From Azolla caroliniana (Eukaryota > Plantae > Polypodiophyta): DNA of 64,000 nt. Below are positions 46,921 through 60,819 of the stretch, one piece after another. Position numbers and translations under genes: made by a program. Under the pieces are notes generated by a model, which was given only the letters and a program-made list of their open reading frames with translations, searched no databases and had not been told where the DNA came from. The DNA lies in NCBI GenBank assembly GCA_043228905.1, contig JBHGNT010000011.1, forward strand, positions 7,006,001 through 7,070,000. The letters run 5' to 3'. How positions within the stretch are numbered: position 1 is the first letter of the stretch; each line of letters begins with the position of its first letter.

Positions 46921-49900
46921 TCATTTGCTGGTCCCCCGCGATTTGTTCGGGTCAGTTCGTGTGGATACCGGATCCTTCTGTCGGTTTTCCGGGATAGTCT
47001 TTGTCAGTATCGGTGTCGGTTCTTCCTCGGTCCGAATATCTTCAGCAGCGTCTGTCGGTGTCGGTTCCTCATGTTGCCGGATTTCCGGGTTTTGCTTGAA
47101 CGGGTTGGCTGGCATATTTCCCTTATACGGCTTTGGCCGAAACCCATTTGCCCACTTGCCGATGACATCTCCAGACAACGTGCCGAGCTGATACGACCCA
47201 TTGTACTCCTTGGTGATCCAGAACGGTCCGGTCCACCGGAACCGCAACTTTCCCGGCATGTTCCCCATCCGTGTCTGGAATAGTAGCACCGGTTTCCCGA
47301 CTTCGAACTCCTTTTCGTTGCCACGCCGGTGTCGGTCCACGAAAGCTTTTCTCCTCCTTTGCTCCAGTTCGAGTTGTAGTAAGCTGGCTATTCGGTTTTC
47401 TTCTAATTCCAACAACGCCGCCAGCCGGATTCGTTCGGACTCGTTCTCACTTAAGCGCTCCTTTACCTGAATCCGTAAGCTGGGGATCTGGAACTCTACC
47501 GACATGACCACGTCTAAACCGAATGCTAGTCGGAACGGGGTTGTCCGGATGTTGGTTTTGTACGTTGTTCGGTACGCCCATAACACGCTTTGCAATTTCG
47601 TATCCCAGTCGGTCCAGTTCTCGTTAACGATTTTTCGTAGGATGTTCTGCAGAGTTTTATTCATTGATTCCGCTAGTCCATTGGCTTGAGGGTAGTAGGG
47701 AGTACTCCTTTTATGTACCACCGCGTAAAATGACGTCAGGCTTTCTACTACCTGCCCGAGAAAATGTCCTGCTTGGTCACTTATAAGCTCGATCGGGCAT
47801 CCATACCGGCACCATATGCACTCGTACAGAAACTTTGCCGTGGACGCGGCCGTGTTGTCCCGTAAGGCCTTTGCTTCTACCCATTTGGTGCAATAGTCGG
47901 TTGCCACTATGACATACCGATTTCCGGTTCGCATTGCCGGTGGCTTGAAGGGACCGACAAAGTCCAACCCCCACTTTTGAAACGGTTCCAAAGGCAAGAC
48001 CGGGTGGTGTGGCATCCGGGCCTGCTTCGTGGGTTGGCCCAGTCGTTGACACAAATCGCATTCTTTGCTATACTTCACGGCATCTTTTAGGGTGGTGGGC
48101 CACCACAGTCCGCTCTGCCATATTTTCCGAGTGGTTGCGTCGCCGGCATAATGCCCGCCGGCAATTCCACAGTGGGCTTCCCTGAGGATTAAATCCTTCT
48201 CATCGCTCCGCACTGCTTGTCTCCAGATGCCATCTGCCCCCTTGTGATAGAGGGTGTCTCCAACCAAGCAGAAATGTCTACTTCTTACTGCTACCCTTTT
48301 CCTTTCATCGCGGTCCATGTTCTCCGGGGGAACTCCGGTGCTCAGGAACTGATGCATCTCAGTTAGCCACGTGTCTTCGTCGGCTACCGTTGTATCCGTT
48401 GCTGGTTTCGTCGTGATCCGGAACAACTCGGCGTCGGGGAACTCATCCTGGACGCCGTCCCCTGCTTCTCGGGATTCGAGTCTGCTTAGGTAGTCCGCTA
48501 CCGCATGCTGCGCCCCGGGTCGGTGGAAAATGTCGAATTCAAATTCCTGTAACAGCAGTGTCCATCGTGCAATTTTTCCCGTCAGGGATGCCTTCGAGAC
48601 CAGGTAGAGTAGTGCTGAATGGTCGACATGGAAGGAAAACTTCCTTCCGAGCAGATAGTGCCTGTACTTTGTGACACTATACACCATTCCCAATGCCTCG
48701 CATTCCGTCGTAGAGTAATTCCGTTTGGCTTTTGAGAGTTTCCGGCTTGCGTAGTACACCGGTCGGTACCATTTCGGCTCCGTGAGTTGCATCAGAACGC
48801 TACCGATTGCTACGTCCGACGCGTAACGAAGACGTGAAAGCTTTTACTCCAATCCGGCGGTTGCACCACGGGAGCTTGCGACAGCATAACCTTCAACGCT
48901 TGGTAGGCTTTCTCCTCTGTCTCCGCCCATAGAAAGGGTACCCTGTGTACGGCGGTATGTAATGGTGTAGCGAAGTCTGCGAGGTGCCGTATCATCCGGC
49001 TANNNNNNNNNNNNNNNNNNNNNNNNNNNNNNNNNNNNNNNNNNNNNNNNNNNNNNNNNNNNNNNNNNNNNNNNNNNNNNNNNNNNNNNNNNNNNNNNNN
49101 NNTGCCACCTTATTTGGCCCAGGAACCGGCTTAAAGCCTTTGCGTTATTTGGTGCTGGTGCCTCGAGAATCGCCTTGACTTTATCCGGATCTACCGCGAT
49201 TCCTTCCTTACTCACCACGTGCCCTAGTAAGTTGCCGCTTGCCACTCCAAAGACGCACGTGGCCGGGTTCAGGCTCAATCGGTACTCGCGGCACTTCTCC
49301 AAGCACAGCCAGAGGTGATCGAGATGCTCTCCGTGCCGGCTGTAGACCGCGAAATCGTCAAGGAAGACCTGCATAAAACCGGGGATATATTCCCCGAAAA
49401 TTTCCATTATTATCCTTTGAAAGGTCGCTGGAGCCGTCTTTAGTCCGAACATCATCACGACCGCGACGAACACTCCCCATTCCGTCACGAACGCTGTCTT
49501 CTCCTGGTCGGCCGGGTTCATTCGTATTTGGTTGTAACCGCTAAATCCATCCAGGAAGCTGTAAACTTCGTGGCCAGCTACCGCATCTAACACCCCGTCC
49601 GTAAATGGTAGTGGAAACGCATCGGTCACTGTTGCGGCATTTAGTTTTCGGTAGTCCACGCATACCCGGATTTTGTAGTTCTTTTTCGGGACCACCACTA
49701 TCGGACTCAGCCAGGTTGCCTGCTTGACCGGTCGGATAAATCCGACCCGGAGGAGCTTATCAATTTCCTCCTTCACCTTCGCCGCATAATTCGGATTCAT
49801 CCGTTACCTGCGTTGAGCGATCAGTTTCGCGTCCGTACTTAGGTGAATTTGGTGCTGATAGAGCTGGGGATCCAGCCCTCGCATGTCTTCGTACGACCAC

Positions 49901-50742
49901 GCAAACACATCCTTGAAGTCGGTTAATAATGCTACCATTGCCTTCTTTTCTTCCTTCGGCAATTCCTTTGCAACATTTACCGGTCGGGGCTTGTTTGTTG
50001 TGCCGAGGTCCACCTCCTCTAGTTGGGATGCTTTTACCCTCTGGGATATCGTCATTTCCCTCTCTAGGGATTCCTGCGCTTGTCGCAGTTCCCGGATCGC
50101 TGCTTGGTCCGGTTCATCCGGCGTTGTAATGTACGGTTCTACTACCGCCGTGATATCCACCTCAAATAGTGGGACGATTCGTGGGTGTTCCTCGAGGTAC
50201 CGCTCGACTTCCTCGTCCGGTAATCCCTCCAACATATTGATGCTTTCCGCATACAGTGGAGTTGCTTCCTTACTGGCGATTACCCGTGGTTGCGTTGTTA
50301 CTCGTACCTTTGCTTTCCCTCGCCGGAATGTGATCATGTTCTTTTGCCAGTTTTGCTTGATATGCGCCGTCCGCAGCCATGGTCGTCCTAGCAGTAGGGG
50401 GTACGCGCCTTGTACATTCAGCTGCAACACCACGGCCGATATCCGGAATACGTGGCCTCCGATCGTGACTTCCAAATCCAGGATAAGTCCGGTCGGTCGG
50501 ACTGAGCTGGTATCCGCCATGCGTAACCAGAAGGGGCATGGTTCCCATTCCCGGATGCCCAGGTTGTTGCATGTCTGTCGGCTGATGACATTTACCCCGG
50601 AGCCTCCATCAATAATCGTTCCAGCAATTTCCTTTCCTTTCACGATTGCCGTGATCGTCGGGCTACTTGTATCGACCACCGCTGGTCCTTCCTCCGGGTT
50701 GGAGAAGAATGCCGGTGCTGGCGTCGGCTTCGGTTTGCTCAC
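46921..50742 (-). pseudogene. pol: Gypsy pol (PR-RT-RH-INT), interrupted by stops, frameshifts and an assembly gap
   Basis: ORFs 49804-50742, 49000-49800, 48810-48995 and 46921-48792. Confidence 0.92.
49003..49102. other. Assembly gap (100 N)
   Basis: Run of N. Confidence 1.
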
Positions 50743-50748
50743 GGATGC

Positions 50749-52874
50749 CTATAAGTCTGCCGTAAACCCTGGCACCAACTGTAGTAGTCGTGCTAACGGC
50801 AGCACGATTTGACAGTCCTGTAGCGCTTGCCACGTCGGGTTTTCTCCTGGCTGTATGATTTCTTCGTCTTTTGGCATATTTTGGTCTCTTACTTCTGCCG
50901 CATTCTGTTCATTGGCCTCCTTGATCCATTGCGCCGCTTGTTTTCTGATTGCCTCCTGGGCTTCCCACTCGGCGGTCTTTCCCTTTGACCGGGTTGTGAC
51001 CTGCTGTACTTCTGTTATTTCGGCTGTAACCATGTTGACTTCCGGCTGCTTGTCATTGGTTTTGCTTGGGCATTGGTTACTATAGTGGCCTTCCTTACGG
51101 TAGTAATAATAGTACACCTTGTGACTGTTGCTCGTTTCTCCTTTGTCCCCGGTTTGGAGGGTGGGTATGCTTCGGCGGTCGTCTTCGGTTTTTCGGTTAT
51201 CCGGTACCGATACCGGGTTGTCATTCCTCGCTGCCTCCCGACGTTCCTCTCTTCGGAAAAATCCACGCTTCTGATTCCGTCGGAAATTTCGGTTCCCTTG
51301 TCGCCTCTCTTCTCTGCGTCGTTCGTATTCCGGGGATTCGTCTCGGTCGTACCGGTCCCGGGGGTAGCTATCTCTGCGTCTCTCCTCTCGGTCATAGTTA
51401 TCGCGTCTTCTATCAGCGTATCTGTTACCGCGTTCGCGTTGGTAGCGGTCGTCTCTCCGGAATCGATCCTCGTCCGGGTTCTGATTGCGCGGTTCTATGT
51501 GTCAAACCGGTGCTGCCTGCCGATTTAACATGTTATATTCGCATCGGTCCGTTGTATGGGTTCGAGAGTTGCAGATCATACATTGTGTCCGCAGGGCCCC
51601 GAATTTAGGCATGTTGTGCATTGTAAGGCCTGTCGGAACCTCAGGTCTTCCTCCTTCGGGAGTGCCTGGTGTAACATCCCCATCGACAAGAAGGGGCTAG
51701 TCTTGTCCATTTCTAAAACCCGATCAATAACTTGGTCCATTGTGCTGGTTTGGAAATCAAGGACTCCGCACATTGTTCGAAGTGGCTCTTTCAGCGCGGC
51801 CAAAAAGACTGCTTTGGCTTCGTCTTCGGGTGGTGCTCTTGTCATTTGGCTGTGCAGGGTCTGAAACCGAATGATGAATTTTGGCACAGTCTCGTTCTCT
51901 TCCTGCCGGGTGGTGTAGAACTGCCCGACCAATTCCCTTTGCTCAACTTGTCTGTGAAAAAGCCTGAGGAATCTGGCCTTCAAGGCATCGAATGTGGCAA
52001 AGCTGCCCGGTAAGTGCTTTGCGTGCCATCGGGCCGCCGGTCCTTCTAAGGTTATGCCGAATTCGGCGACTTTGGATCGTTCGGCTTCGGGCTCCGTCAG
52101 TCTTTGGGAGACATGGTTGGCTTCCCATGTTTGGAGGAATGCGTACACGTGTGCCTCCGCGTCGGGCTCATCCCGGTACTTTGGGTATGGGTACCGCATC
52201 GTGTCGTCCAACTGACTCTCCTGCTTTCTGTCCGTTGTTGGCATCGGTGTGAGAACCTTTGGTTCCTCCGCGGTTGGTGCCGGTATCCGCTCCTTCAGTT
52301 CGTCCGCGGGTGTTGCCGGTGTCCGGTCCTTTGGTTCCTCCGCGGGTGTTGTCGGTATCCGCTCCTTCGGTTCCTTCGCGGGTGTTGTCGGTATCCGCTC
52401 CTTCGGTTCCTTCGCGGGTGTTGTCGGTATCCGGTCAGCCTCCCTCGGCGATTGCCAGTCACCGAACTCCAAGGTTATTTCTTCCTCTAGCTCCGGTGTT
52501 ACTGAGTCTTCCGACCCCTCTTCCCCCGGGTCGTTTGGTGTGTCGTGGCTGCTTTTATACCGGGACGCAACACTTCCGTCGCTTTCCGACTCCGCCTCAA
52601 GTGTTGCGAATGCTTCCGAGTCCCCGTCGCCCCCGGCGAGCGTCTGTGGTATCGTTTCTGCCTCTTGCAGGCTTGTTATGCTACTGCCTTCGTCGGGGAT
52701 TTGCAAAACCCAGAACTGCAGTGCTTCTTCTGCGACTCTCCGAAGAGTTTTGGAGAATGACCGATCCCGCCGGATCTCGTCGACGGCTTGCTGCAGGGCT
52801 TCCCGTCGTTGCTCGCGTTCGGTGTATCGTCTCCCTCGTTCGGTGATGTGGTCGTCGTTTGGTCTAGACATCCA
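50749..52874 (-). pseudogene. gag: Gypsy gag with 36-bp/12-aa repeats (~52260-52435) and a degenerate zinc knuckle
   Basis: RIPTTPAKEPKE repeats, LEGPAARW..FDALKARFL..RQEENETV, and YYRKEGHYSNQC. Confidence 0.8.
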
Positions 52875-54669
52875 TCCCCCGGTTGTCCTCTGCACTTTGC
52901 AGGAATCGTGGTCGCCAAAATAGTGTTGTCTGCTTGGCCGGACTAGCCTCAACACAGGTGTCTATCCGACACATCTCCAAAGGGGTGGTAAGGATTGGAT
53001 GCTAGGTTACACGCGTAAGATGATTACAATTAAGCACAGACGGTAAACAATACGAAGATACAAATAAACACGCGATAATTACTATTGTATTACTTCCGTC
53101 AAACCCTTTACAATTCATCGGATCCTTTTATAGGCATCCGGCAAGGTTACAATCAATGCGCTTAGGCAACCGACATCCGAATCGGTCCGGATCCGGATCG
53201 GTACAACTGTACCGGATCCGTCCCTCCGAATAATAATTTTACTATTATTTACTTCCTATTATCCGATCCGACTCCGCCTTCCCACTTGTCCTTGCTCTTC
53301 TGACCGGCCAACACTTGCCGGATACCGAGCTCTCCGATGAAGTCCTTCATCCATAATATTTCCTTGCTAGCTTCCACAGCCGCCATGTACTCCGCCTCCG
53401 TGGTTGACAACGCAACCGTCTTCTGCAGCCTCGTATGCCACGAAATAGCTCCCCCTGCATATGTCATTACATACCCGGATGTAGACCGGCTGGTATCCAC
53501 ATCAGCCGACATGTCCAAATCGGTGAAACCATCAAGTTGAGGTTTTCCGGAGCCGAATTGGAGACACATATTTGAAGTGCCCTTCAAATACCGGAGTATC
53601 CATTTGACCGCGTTCCAATGCTCCTTGCCGGGATTGCTCATAAACCGGCTCACCACTCCGACTGCGTATCCTATATCCGGTCGGGTACACACCATTGCAT
53701 ACATCAAGCTCCGGCATATGGAATCTTCATCATATCCGAATTCTCTGCTTTCGTCTTCGGGCTTTGCTTGCCGGAAGTGTCGATCTGACCGGTTTTGCAT
53801 CTAACATGTTGAACCTGTGAAGCACCTTTGTCACGTACTTCTCCTGTGACAGCCATAATTGCTTCACTAACTGGTTCCGGATAATACGCATGCCCAACAT
53901 CTATCTTGCCGAACCCAAGTCTTTCATTGAGAAGGTCCAGTTGAGAGCCTTCTTCAGCATCCGTATTTTGACTTGGTCCCATCCGACCATCAACATGTCG
54001 TCCACGTATAGAAGGAGTATCAGGAAGTTGCCTCCTTCGAAGTTCTTCACAAACACGCAGTGATCGGCCTGTGTCTTGTGGTACCCTTGATCGGTCATGA
54101 AGGAGTCGAACATCCCGTACCATTGTCGGGGGGCCTGCTTCAACCCGTAGAGGCTCTTCTTCAACCGGCAAACCAAGTGCTCCTTCCCTTTCTCCACGAA
54201 TCCTTCTGGTTGCTGCATGTAGATCTCCTCTTCGAGGTCACCGTGAAGGAATGTCGTCTTCACGTCTAGCTGCTCTACCTCGAGGTCCATGCTTGCCGCT
54301 ATACTCAACACCGTCCAGATGGAGGTCATCTTTACTACCGGGGAAAATATCTCGTCGAAGTCCACGCCCTTCTTCTGCTGGAACCCTTTCACCACGATCC
54401 TGGCTTTGTATCTCGGGGGGTTGCCGGCATCTCCCAGTTTCAACTTGTACACCCACTTGTTTCGGAGTGCCCGCTTTCCTTTCGGCAACTCCACCAATTC
54501 GTAAGTATGGTTCTCATGCAGGGAATCCATCTCGTCCTACATGGCACGTAACCATTTTCGGCTGTGGGGGTCATCCTGTTGGGAGACAGGTCCCTCCGGA
54601 TGGGAAAGGAGAAGAACAGTGCCGATGAACAAACTAGGCCGTGGCCGATAGGCCGAAGCCGAAACCGTA

Positions 54670-54995
54670 TGAGGAGAACCTCGCTACGGAGAGCCGAATG
54701 ATACAGACCCGGTGAAGACCGGATGAGGATTACCCGGCTACGGAGAGCCGGATGATACAGACCCGGTGAAGACCGGATGAGGAGTACCCGGCTACGGAGA
54801 GCCGGATGATACAGACCCGGTGAAGACCGGATGAGGAGTACCCGGCTACGGAGAGCCGGATGATATAGACCCGGTGAAGACCGGATGAGGAGTACCCGGC
54901 TACGGAGAGCCGGATGATACAGACTCGGTGAAGACCGGATGAGGAGTACCCGGCTACGGAGAGCCGGATGGTGCAGACCCGGTATGAACCGGATG
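54670..54995. repeat. 54-bp tandem repeat x6 in the 5' LTR (x4 at ~63700-63915 in the 3' LTR)
   Basis: Direct count of ctacggagagccg units. Confidence 0.88.
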
Positions 54996-55460
54996 AAGAG
55001 ATATATTCGTAAATATGTTTTCTGAGAGTTCATCGAGCCTGTATTTGTAAATAGCCAAAAAGTCATATTAGTATAAATATGACTTAGGGCAAAATTTTAG
55101 TGGTTGTTGTTATTTTCTGTTTTTTGCACGAGATTAGTGTGCGTAACTGTACACACAGAGAGAGAGAGGGATCGAGGTCGTTGCCTCTGTTGTAACCGCC
55201 GCCTATGGCAAAGATCGTGAGCACGAGGTCTTTGCCTCCGTGAACTCACTGTTTGTACATTCCAATATAGTGATAGTTTGCAGCCTGTGGGCTGTCATGG
55301 TTTTTCCCTCAGTTTGGGTTTTCCACGTAAACATCCTGTCTATCTTTTTTCTCTCCTTTGTGTCGTGCATTTGTTTCCCGTTTTTCCGTGTATGAAAAGA
55401 ATCTCGGTTGTGGCCGAGCGTTGGACATAAGCTGCGTTTGGGTTCTCGTCAAGTGGTATC

Positions 55461-58400
55461 TGTTGGGAATAGACGCTTCTATTCACCTTCACCACTCGGC
55501 CACAACCAAGTAATCTTGAATCAATGCAGCAGAAAATCGGAAACACAGAGAGAGAAAAACACGGATACACAGCGATTAACGTGGAAAACCCTAGACGGGA
55601 AAAACCACGGGAGTACAAGACTCCAATCCAACACTATACAGAGAAGTATACAATGATGAGCTGCAAGGCGACGACCTTGAGCTCGCTGTCCTCGCCACAG
55701 GCGGCGGAAATACACAGAGGCGTCTACCTCTTCCTCTCTCGCGCTCTATCTCTCTCTCTCTCACACGGCTGCTCTCTCTTCACTCCTCTAGAGTGGAAAA
55801 ACAGAAAAATAATCAGCAGCACAAAAACTGTTTGCCCTAAGTCATATTTATACTTATATGACTTTGGGCTATTTACAACTGTAGCCTCAGGGGCCCATAG
55901 CGAACATATTCACGGATATGTCCCTGCATCCGGATCGCTCTCCGGGCACATTCGTCATCCGGTACCGAAACCGGGGTCTTCGTCATCCGGATCCGAAACC
56001 GAAACCGGGCTTGTCGGCATTCATCTCCGATATCCGACCATCCCATCCGAAAGGGACCGTAATCCCAACAGACTCCCCCTTCACTTCGGCATGGGATGTC
56101 TCTCCAATCCGATCCTCTTCCGGCATGCTTCCAGCTTGTCGGGTGTGAGGACCTTGGTCAGCATATCCGACCCGTTCTCGTCCGTGTGGATCTTTGTCAG
56201 CACGAACTCCTTGTCTTCTATCCTTTCCCGGATCCAGTGATATCTTCGCTGGATGTGCTTCGTCCGGGAGTGATAGGCCGCGTTCTTTGCAAGGTGGATT
56301 GCACTCTGACTGTCGCAGTAGAGTCGGTACTCCTCCTGCCGGATACCGAGCTCTCTAATGAAGTCCTTCATCCATATTATTTCCTTGCCGGCTTCAACAG
56401 CCGCCATGTACTCCGCCTCCGTGGTTGACAGCGCAACCGTCTTCTGCAGCCTCGACTGCCATGAAACAACTCCCCCTGCATACGTCATCACATACCCTGA
56501 TGTGGACCGGCTGGTATCTGCATCAGCCGACATGTCCGAATCGGTAAAGCCGTCGAGTTCGGGCTTACCGGAGCCGAATCAGAGGCACACGTTTGCCGTG
56601 CCCTTCAGGTATCGGAGTATCCATTTGGCCGCGTTCCAATGCTCTTTGCCGGGATTGCTCATGTACCGGCTCACCACTCCGACTGCATATCCGATGTCCG
56701 GTCTCGTACACACCATGGCGTACATCAAGCTCCCGACGGCTGAGGCATACGGCACTTTCATCATATCCTCCTTTTCAGCCTTTGTCTTGGGACTTTGCTT
56801 GCTGGACAGCTTGCAGTTTGCCGGGAGGGTCGATCCGACCGGTCTTGCTTCCGACATGTTGAACCGGTGAAGCACCTTCGTCACGTACTTCTCCTGTGAC
56901 AGCCACAACTGCTTCTTCTTCCGGTCCCGGATGATGTGCATCCCTAGTATTTGCCTCGCCGGACCCAGGTCCTTCATTGAGAAGGTTCGGTGAAGAGCCT
57001 TCTTCAGCATCCGTATCTTGACCTGGTCCCGTCCGACGATCAACATGTCGTCCACGTACAGGAGGAGTATTAGAAAGTCTCCTCCTTTGAACTTCTTCAC
57101 AAACACGCAGTGGTCGGACTGCGTTTTGAGGTACCCTTCATCGGTCATGAAGGAGTCGAACTTCCGGTACCATTGCCGGGGAGCCTGCTTCAGTCCGTAA
57201 AGGCTCTTCTTCAACCGGCATACCAGGTGCTCCTTCCCTTCCTTCTTGAATCCTTCCGGTTGCTGCATGTAGATCTCTTCTTCGAGGTCACCGTGAAGGA
57301 ATGCCGTCTTCACGTCCATCTGTTCTACCTCGAGGTCCATGCTTGCCGCTATGCTCAGCACCGTCCGGATGGAGGTCATCTTCACTACCGGGGCAAATAT
57401 CTCGTCGAAGTCGACGCCCTTCTTCTGCTGAAACCCCTTCACCACGATCCTGGCTTTGTATCTCGGGGGGTTTCCGGCATCTCCCGGTTTCAGCTTGAAC
57501 ACCCACTTGTTTCGAAGTGCCCGCTTTCCTTTCGGCAACTCCACAAGTTCATATGTGTGGTTCTCATGCAGGGAATCCATCTCGTCCTGCATGGCACTCA
57601 ACCACCTGCGGCTCTGAGTGTCATGTTTTGCTTCTTCAAAACTCTCCGGCTCCCCCTCGTCGGTTAGCAGCACGTGCTCTGGTTCCGGAAATCTCCGGGG
57701 GGCCCTTCTCTCTCTTAGAGGATATCTCCGTTCCGGAGCTTCGATAACCGGCTCCTCCGTTTCCTCTTCATCCGAATCCATTTCGGGATCGGGGCCGGTT
57801 CCGGTATCAGTTTCATCTTCCTCGGCCGGTTCTGTTTCTTCACCGTCTTCGGCCGGATCCTCGAGTGCTAACCGGTCCCTTGCCGGTCGGGACTGCTCTT
57901 CGTAGGGTTTATCCTCACCGGTCGACTTGGAGCTCTTCATCTTCTTCTCCGACTCCCAGTCGGCGAGTGTCTTGTCCTCCATGAAGATGATATCTCGACT
58001 CCTGAATATCTTCTTGTCGACCGGGTCCCATACTCGGTAGCCGAACTCGTCATCGCCGTAACCGAGGAATATGCATGGCCGGGTCTTTGGATCTAGCTTT
58101 CCTCTCCGGTCCTTTGCCACATGCACGTATGCGAGACACCCGAACACCTTCAGATGCCGGTAGGATACTTCCCTACCGGTCCACACTCTCTGCGGCGTGT
58201 CTCCGCCCAAAGGTACTGAGGGTGATCTGTTTATCACGTATGTCGCCGTCGACATCGCCTCAGCCCAAAACCCCTTGGGTAATTTCGCATGTGCCAGCAT
58301 ACTCCGGACCCTCTCCATTATGGTCCGGTTCATCCTCTCGGCCAGCCCGTTCAGTTCCGGCGTCTTCGGCACAGTAAACTCGAGTCGGATTCCCTTCGAG

Positions 58401-60794
58401 CGACAATACTCCTGGAACTGCCCCCGGTATTCCCCTCCGTTATCCGCTCGTATCGCTTTCAGCTTCTTGCCGGATTCCCTTTCCACTCTCGCGTGGAGTT
58501 CTTTGAAGACGCACAACACTTGGTCCTTTGTCTTCAACGGTGCCGTCCACAGTCTTCGGCTGTGATCATCTATGAAAGTTACGAAGTACTGGGCTCCGCC
58601 ATGTGACTTCGTTTCTACCTGACACACGTCGGTGTGCACCAACTCCAATGGTGCGCTACGTCTCGTCGGTGGCCTTGAGTGGAAGGAGGTTCGGTTCTGC
58701 TTACCGGCCAGGCAGTCGGTGCACTTCTCCAGGTGCACATGCTTCACCGGAATAAGGTTGTCTTCTGCAAGCCTCTTCATCCCCTTCTCACTCATGTGGC
58801 ACAGTCTCTTGTGCCACAGCTCACCGGCAGTGTCGGTTGCCACATTCAGCTCTTCCGGACATAACCGGGCATTCATCAGGTACAGTGTGTTGACTTTCCG
58901 GGCCCGAGCCACTATCAAGCTCCCCTTGCTGAACTTCATGACACCGTTCCGGATGCTACCCGTGTAGCCTTCATCGTCTAGCCTCCCGGCCGAAATCAGG
59001 TTCAATCGGACCTCCGGAACGTGTCGTACATCCTTCAACAGCATCTTGCATCCGGTCGGGGTTGTCAACCACACGTCTCCTATGCCGGCAATCCGGCACG
59101 TACCTTCGTTTCCCATCCGAACACAGCCATGCTCGCCGGCTGTGTAGGATGAGAAGTATCTTCTCTCCGGGGTCAGGTGGAACGATGCTCCGGAATCGAC
59201 CACCCAGGTCGTCTCATCGCCGGCAATGTTTAGTTCACCTTCTTCGGTGATGAGCATGATCTCCTCTTCACTTGCCGCGAGTGCCGTCGTTCCTTTCCGG
59301 TCCTGTCCTCGCCGATCCGAACCATTCCGGTCCGTGGCTCCCCGGTATGCACCGTTTCTCTCCGGTGACTTCTTCGAATCGGTGTTGTCGGTTCCATTGT
59401 CTTTTCGGTAATGCCGACAATTCTTTCGGAAGTGCCCCGGCTTCCCACAGTGGAAGCATGTGGGCCTTCCTCTTGACTGCGACCGGGTCCCCGACTTCTC
59501 CCGTCTTTGCGGACTCCGGTTCCATTGTCTTCCCCGATCCGATTCGGTAAACAACATCTTCGGGTCGGAGGTCGGTTCCTTATCTCTCCGACGCGCTTCT
59601 TCATTCAAAATACTTGTCTTTACCGTTTGTAAGGACAAGTTATCTTCGGTGCAGGAGGTGCTGAGAGTTACCACCAAGTTCTCCCAGCTTTCCGGCAATG
59701 TACACATCAGGATGATGGCTTGCATTGCATCCTCCAACGGGAACTTGATCGCCGCAAGCTGATTCACGAATCCCATGAACGTGCTTACGTGTTCCACCAT
59801 ACTCTCGCCATCCCGGTACTTGAGATTCACTATCTTCCTCATCAGGGAGGTTCGGTTCAACGCATTCTTCCTCTCATAGAGGCCCGACAGCTTCCGCCAC
59901 ATCTCATATGCGTTGGTGTCGTTCGCCACATGTTGTAGAACGCTCACGTCGACATATTGTCGGATCGTCGCCACGGCTTTCCGGTTCAGGAGCTTCCACT
60001 CCGACTCAAGTACCCCCTTCGGTATTTCCGACCTGTCAATCGGTTCGTACAGGTCCCGAACAATCAGAAGATCCTCCATCTTGATCTTCCAGTCGGCGTA
60101 ATTCTGCGCATTCAGCACCATCATCATCGGCTGCCCGCTGCCGCCGCCTTCCATTTTCTGCAACAGTTCGCTCTGATACCAGTTTGTTGGGAATAGACGC
60201 TTCTATTCACCTTCACCACTCGGCCACAACCAAGTAATCTTGAATCAATGCAGCAGAAAATCGGAAACACAGAGAGAGAAAAACACGGATACACAGCGAT
60301 TAACGTGGAAAACCCTAGACGGGAAAAACCACGGGAGTACAAGACTCCAATCCAACACTATACAGAGAAGTATACAATGATGAGCTGCAAGGCGACGACC
60401 TTGAGCTCGCTGTCCTCGCCACAGGCGGCGGAAATACACAGAGGCGTCTACCTCTTCCTCTCTCGCGCTCTATCTCTCTCTCTCTCACACGGCTGCTCTC
60501 TCTTCACTCCTCTAGAGTGGAAAAACAGAAAAATAATCAGCAGCACAAAAACTGTTTGCCCTAAGTCATATTTATACTTATATGACTTTGGGCTATTTAC
60601 AACTGTAGCCTCAGGGGCCCATAGCGAACATATTCACGGATATGTCCCTGCATCCGGATCGCTCTCCGGGCACATTCGTCATCCGGTACCGAAACCGGGG
60701 TCTTCGTCATCCGGATCCGAAACCGAAACCGGGCTTGTCGGCATTCATCTCCGATATCCGACCATCCCATCCGAAAGGGACCGTAATCCCAACA
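55461..60794 (-). mobile_element. Very young full-length Tork-like copia (610-bp LTRs 55461-56070 and 60185-60794)
   Basis: TSD GTATC (55456-55460, 60795-60799); PBS at 60170-60181; the LTRs look identical by eye. Confidence 0.97.
56081..60154 (-). CDS. gag-pol: Copia Gag-Pol with a single premature TGA at 56579-56581 (RT/RNase H junction)
   Basis: The 1194-aa and 150-aa ORFs are in one frame and nearly identical to 38424-42497. Confidence 0.9.
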
Positions 60795-60819
60795 GTATCA
60801 AAGCGAAACGACACAAAAA

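Larger units (their letters stand above)
37680..53313 (-). mobile_element. Full-length Ty3/gypsy non-chromovirus (Athila/Tat-related) with a 3' extra ORF; 5' LTR 52924-53313; 3' LTR split into 37680-37744 and 43203-43526
   Basis: ~390-bp LTR pair; TSD CTTGT/CTTGC (37675-37679, 53314-53318); PBS TGGCGACCACG (tRNA-Arg-like); gag, IDGGSG protease, RT FLDD, RNase H and integrase. Confidence 0.92.
36668..54576 (-). mobile_element. Tork-like copia host element: 3' LTR 36668-37410, RNase H end 37421-37679, RT/RH 53319-54576; carries nested insertions
   Basis: PPT aagggggagtt beside the LTR. The RNase H frame GELGIRQ|QDEYRLYCD joins across the gypsy insertion. Confidence 0.85.

Noticed and set aside
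49003-49102. Gap implying missing sequence or a chimeric join of two gypsy copies
   Set aside because: The flanks join as ..QIRW-HSR-MIRHLA with apparently nothing missing, and the TSD and host RNase H frame match on both sides of the element.
38529-52923. Many long plus-strand ORFs opposite gag-pol and the extra ORF
   Set aside because: Shadow frames of GC-rich coding sequence with no recognisable motifs.
55524-56240. 238-aa and 213-aa ORFs in the LTRs of the young copia
   Set aside because: They are antisense LTR frames duplicated only because the LTRs are duplicated, and the frame is broken in the related 37745 LTR.
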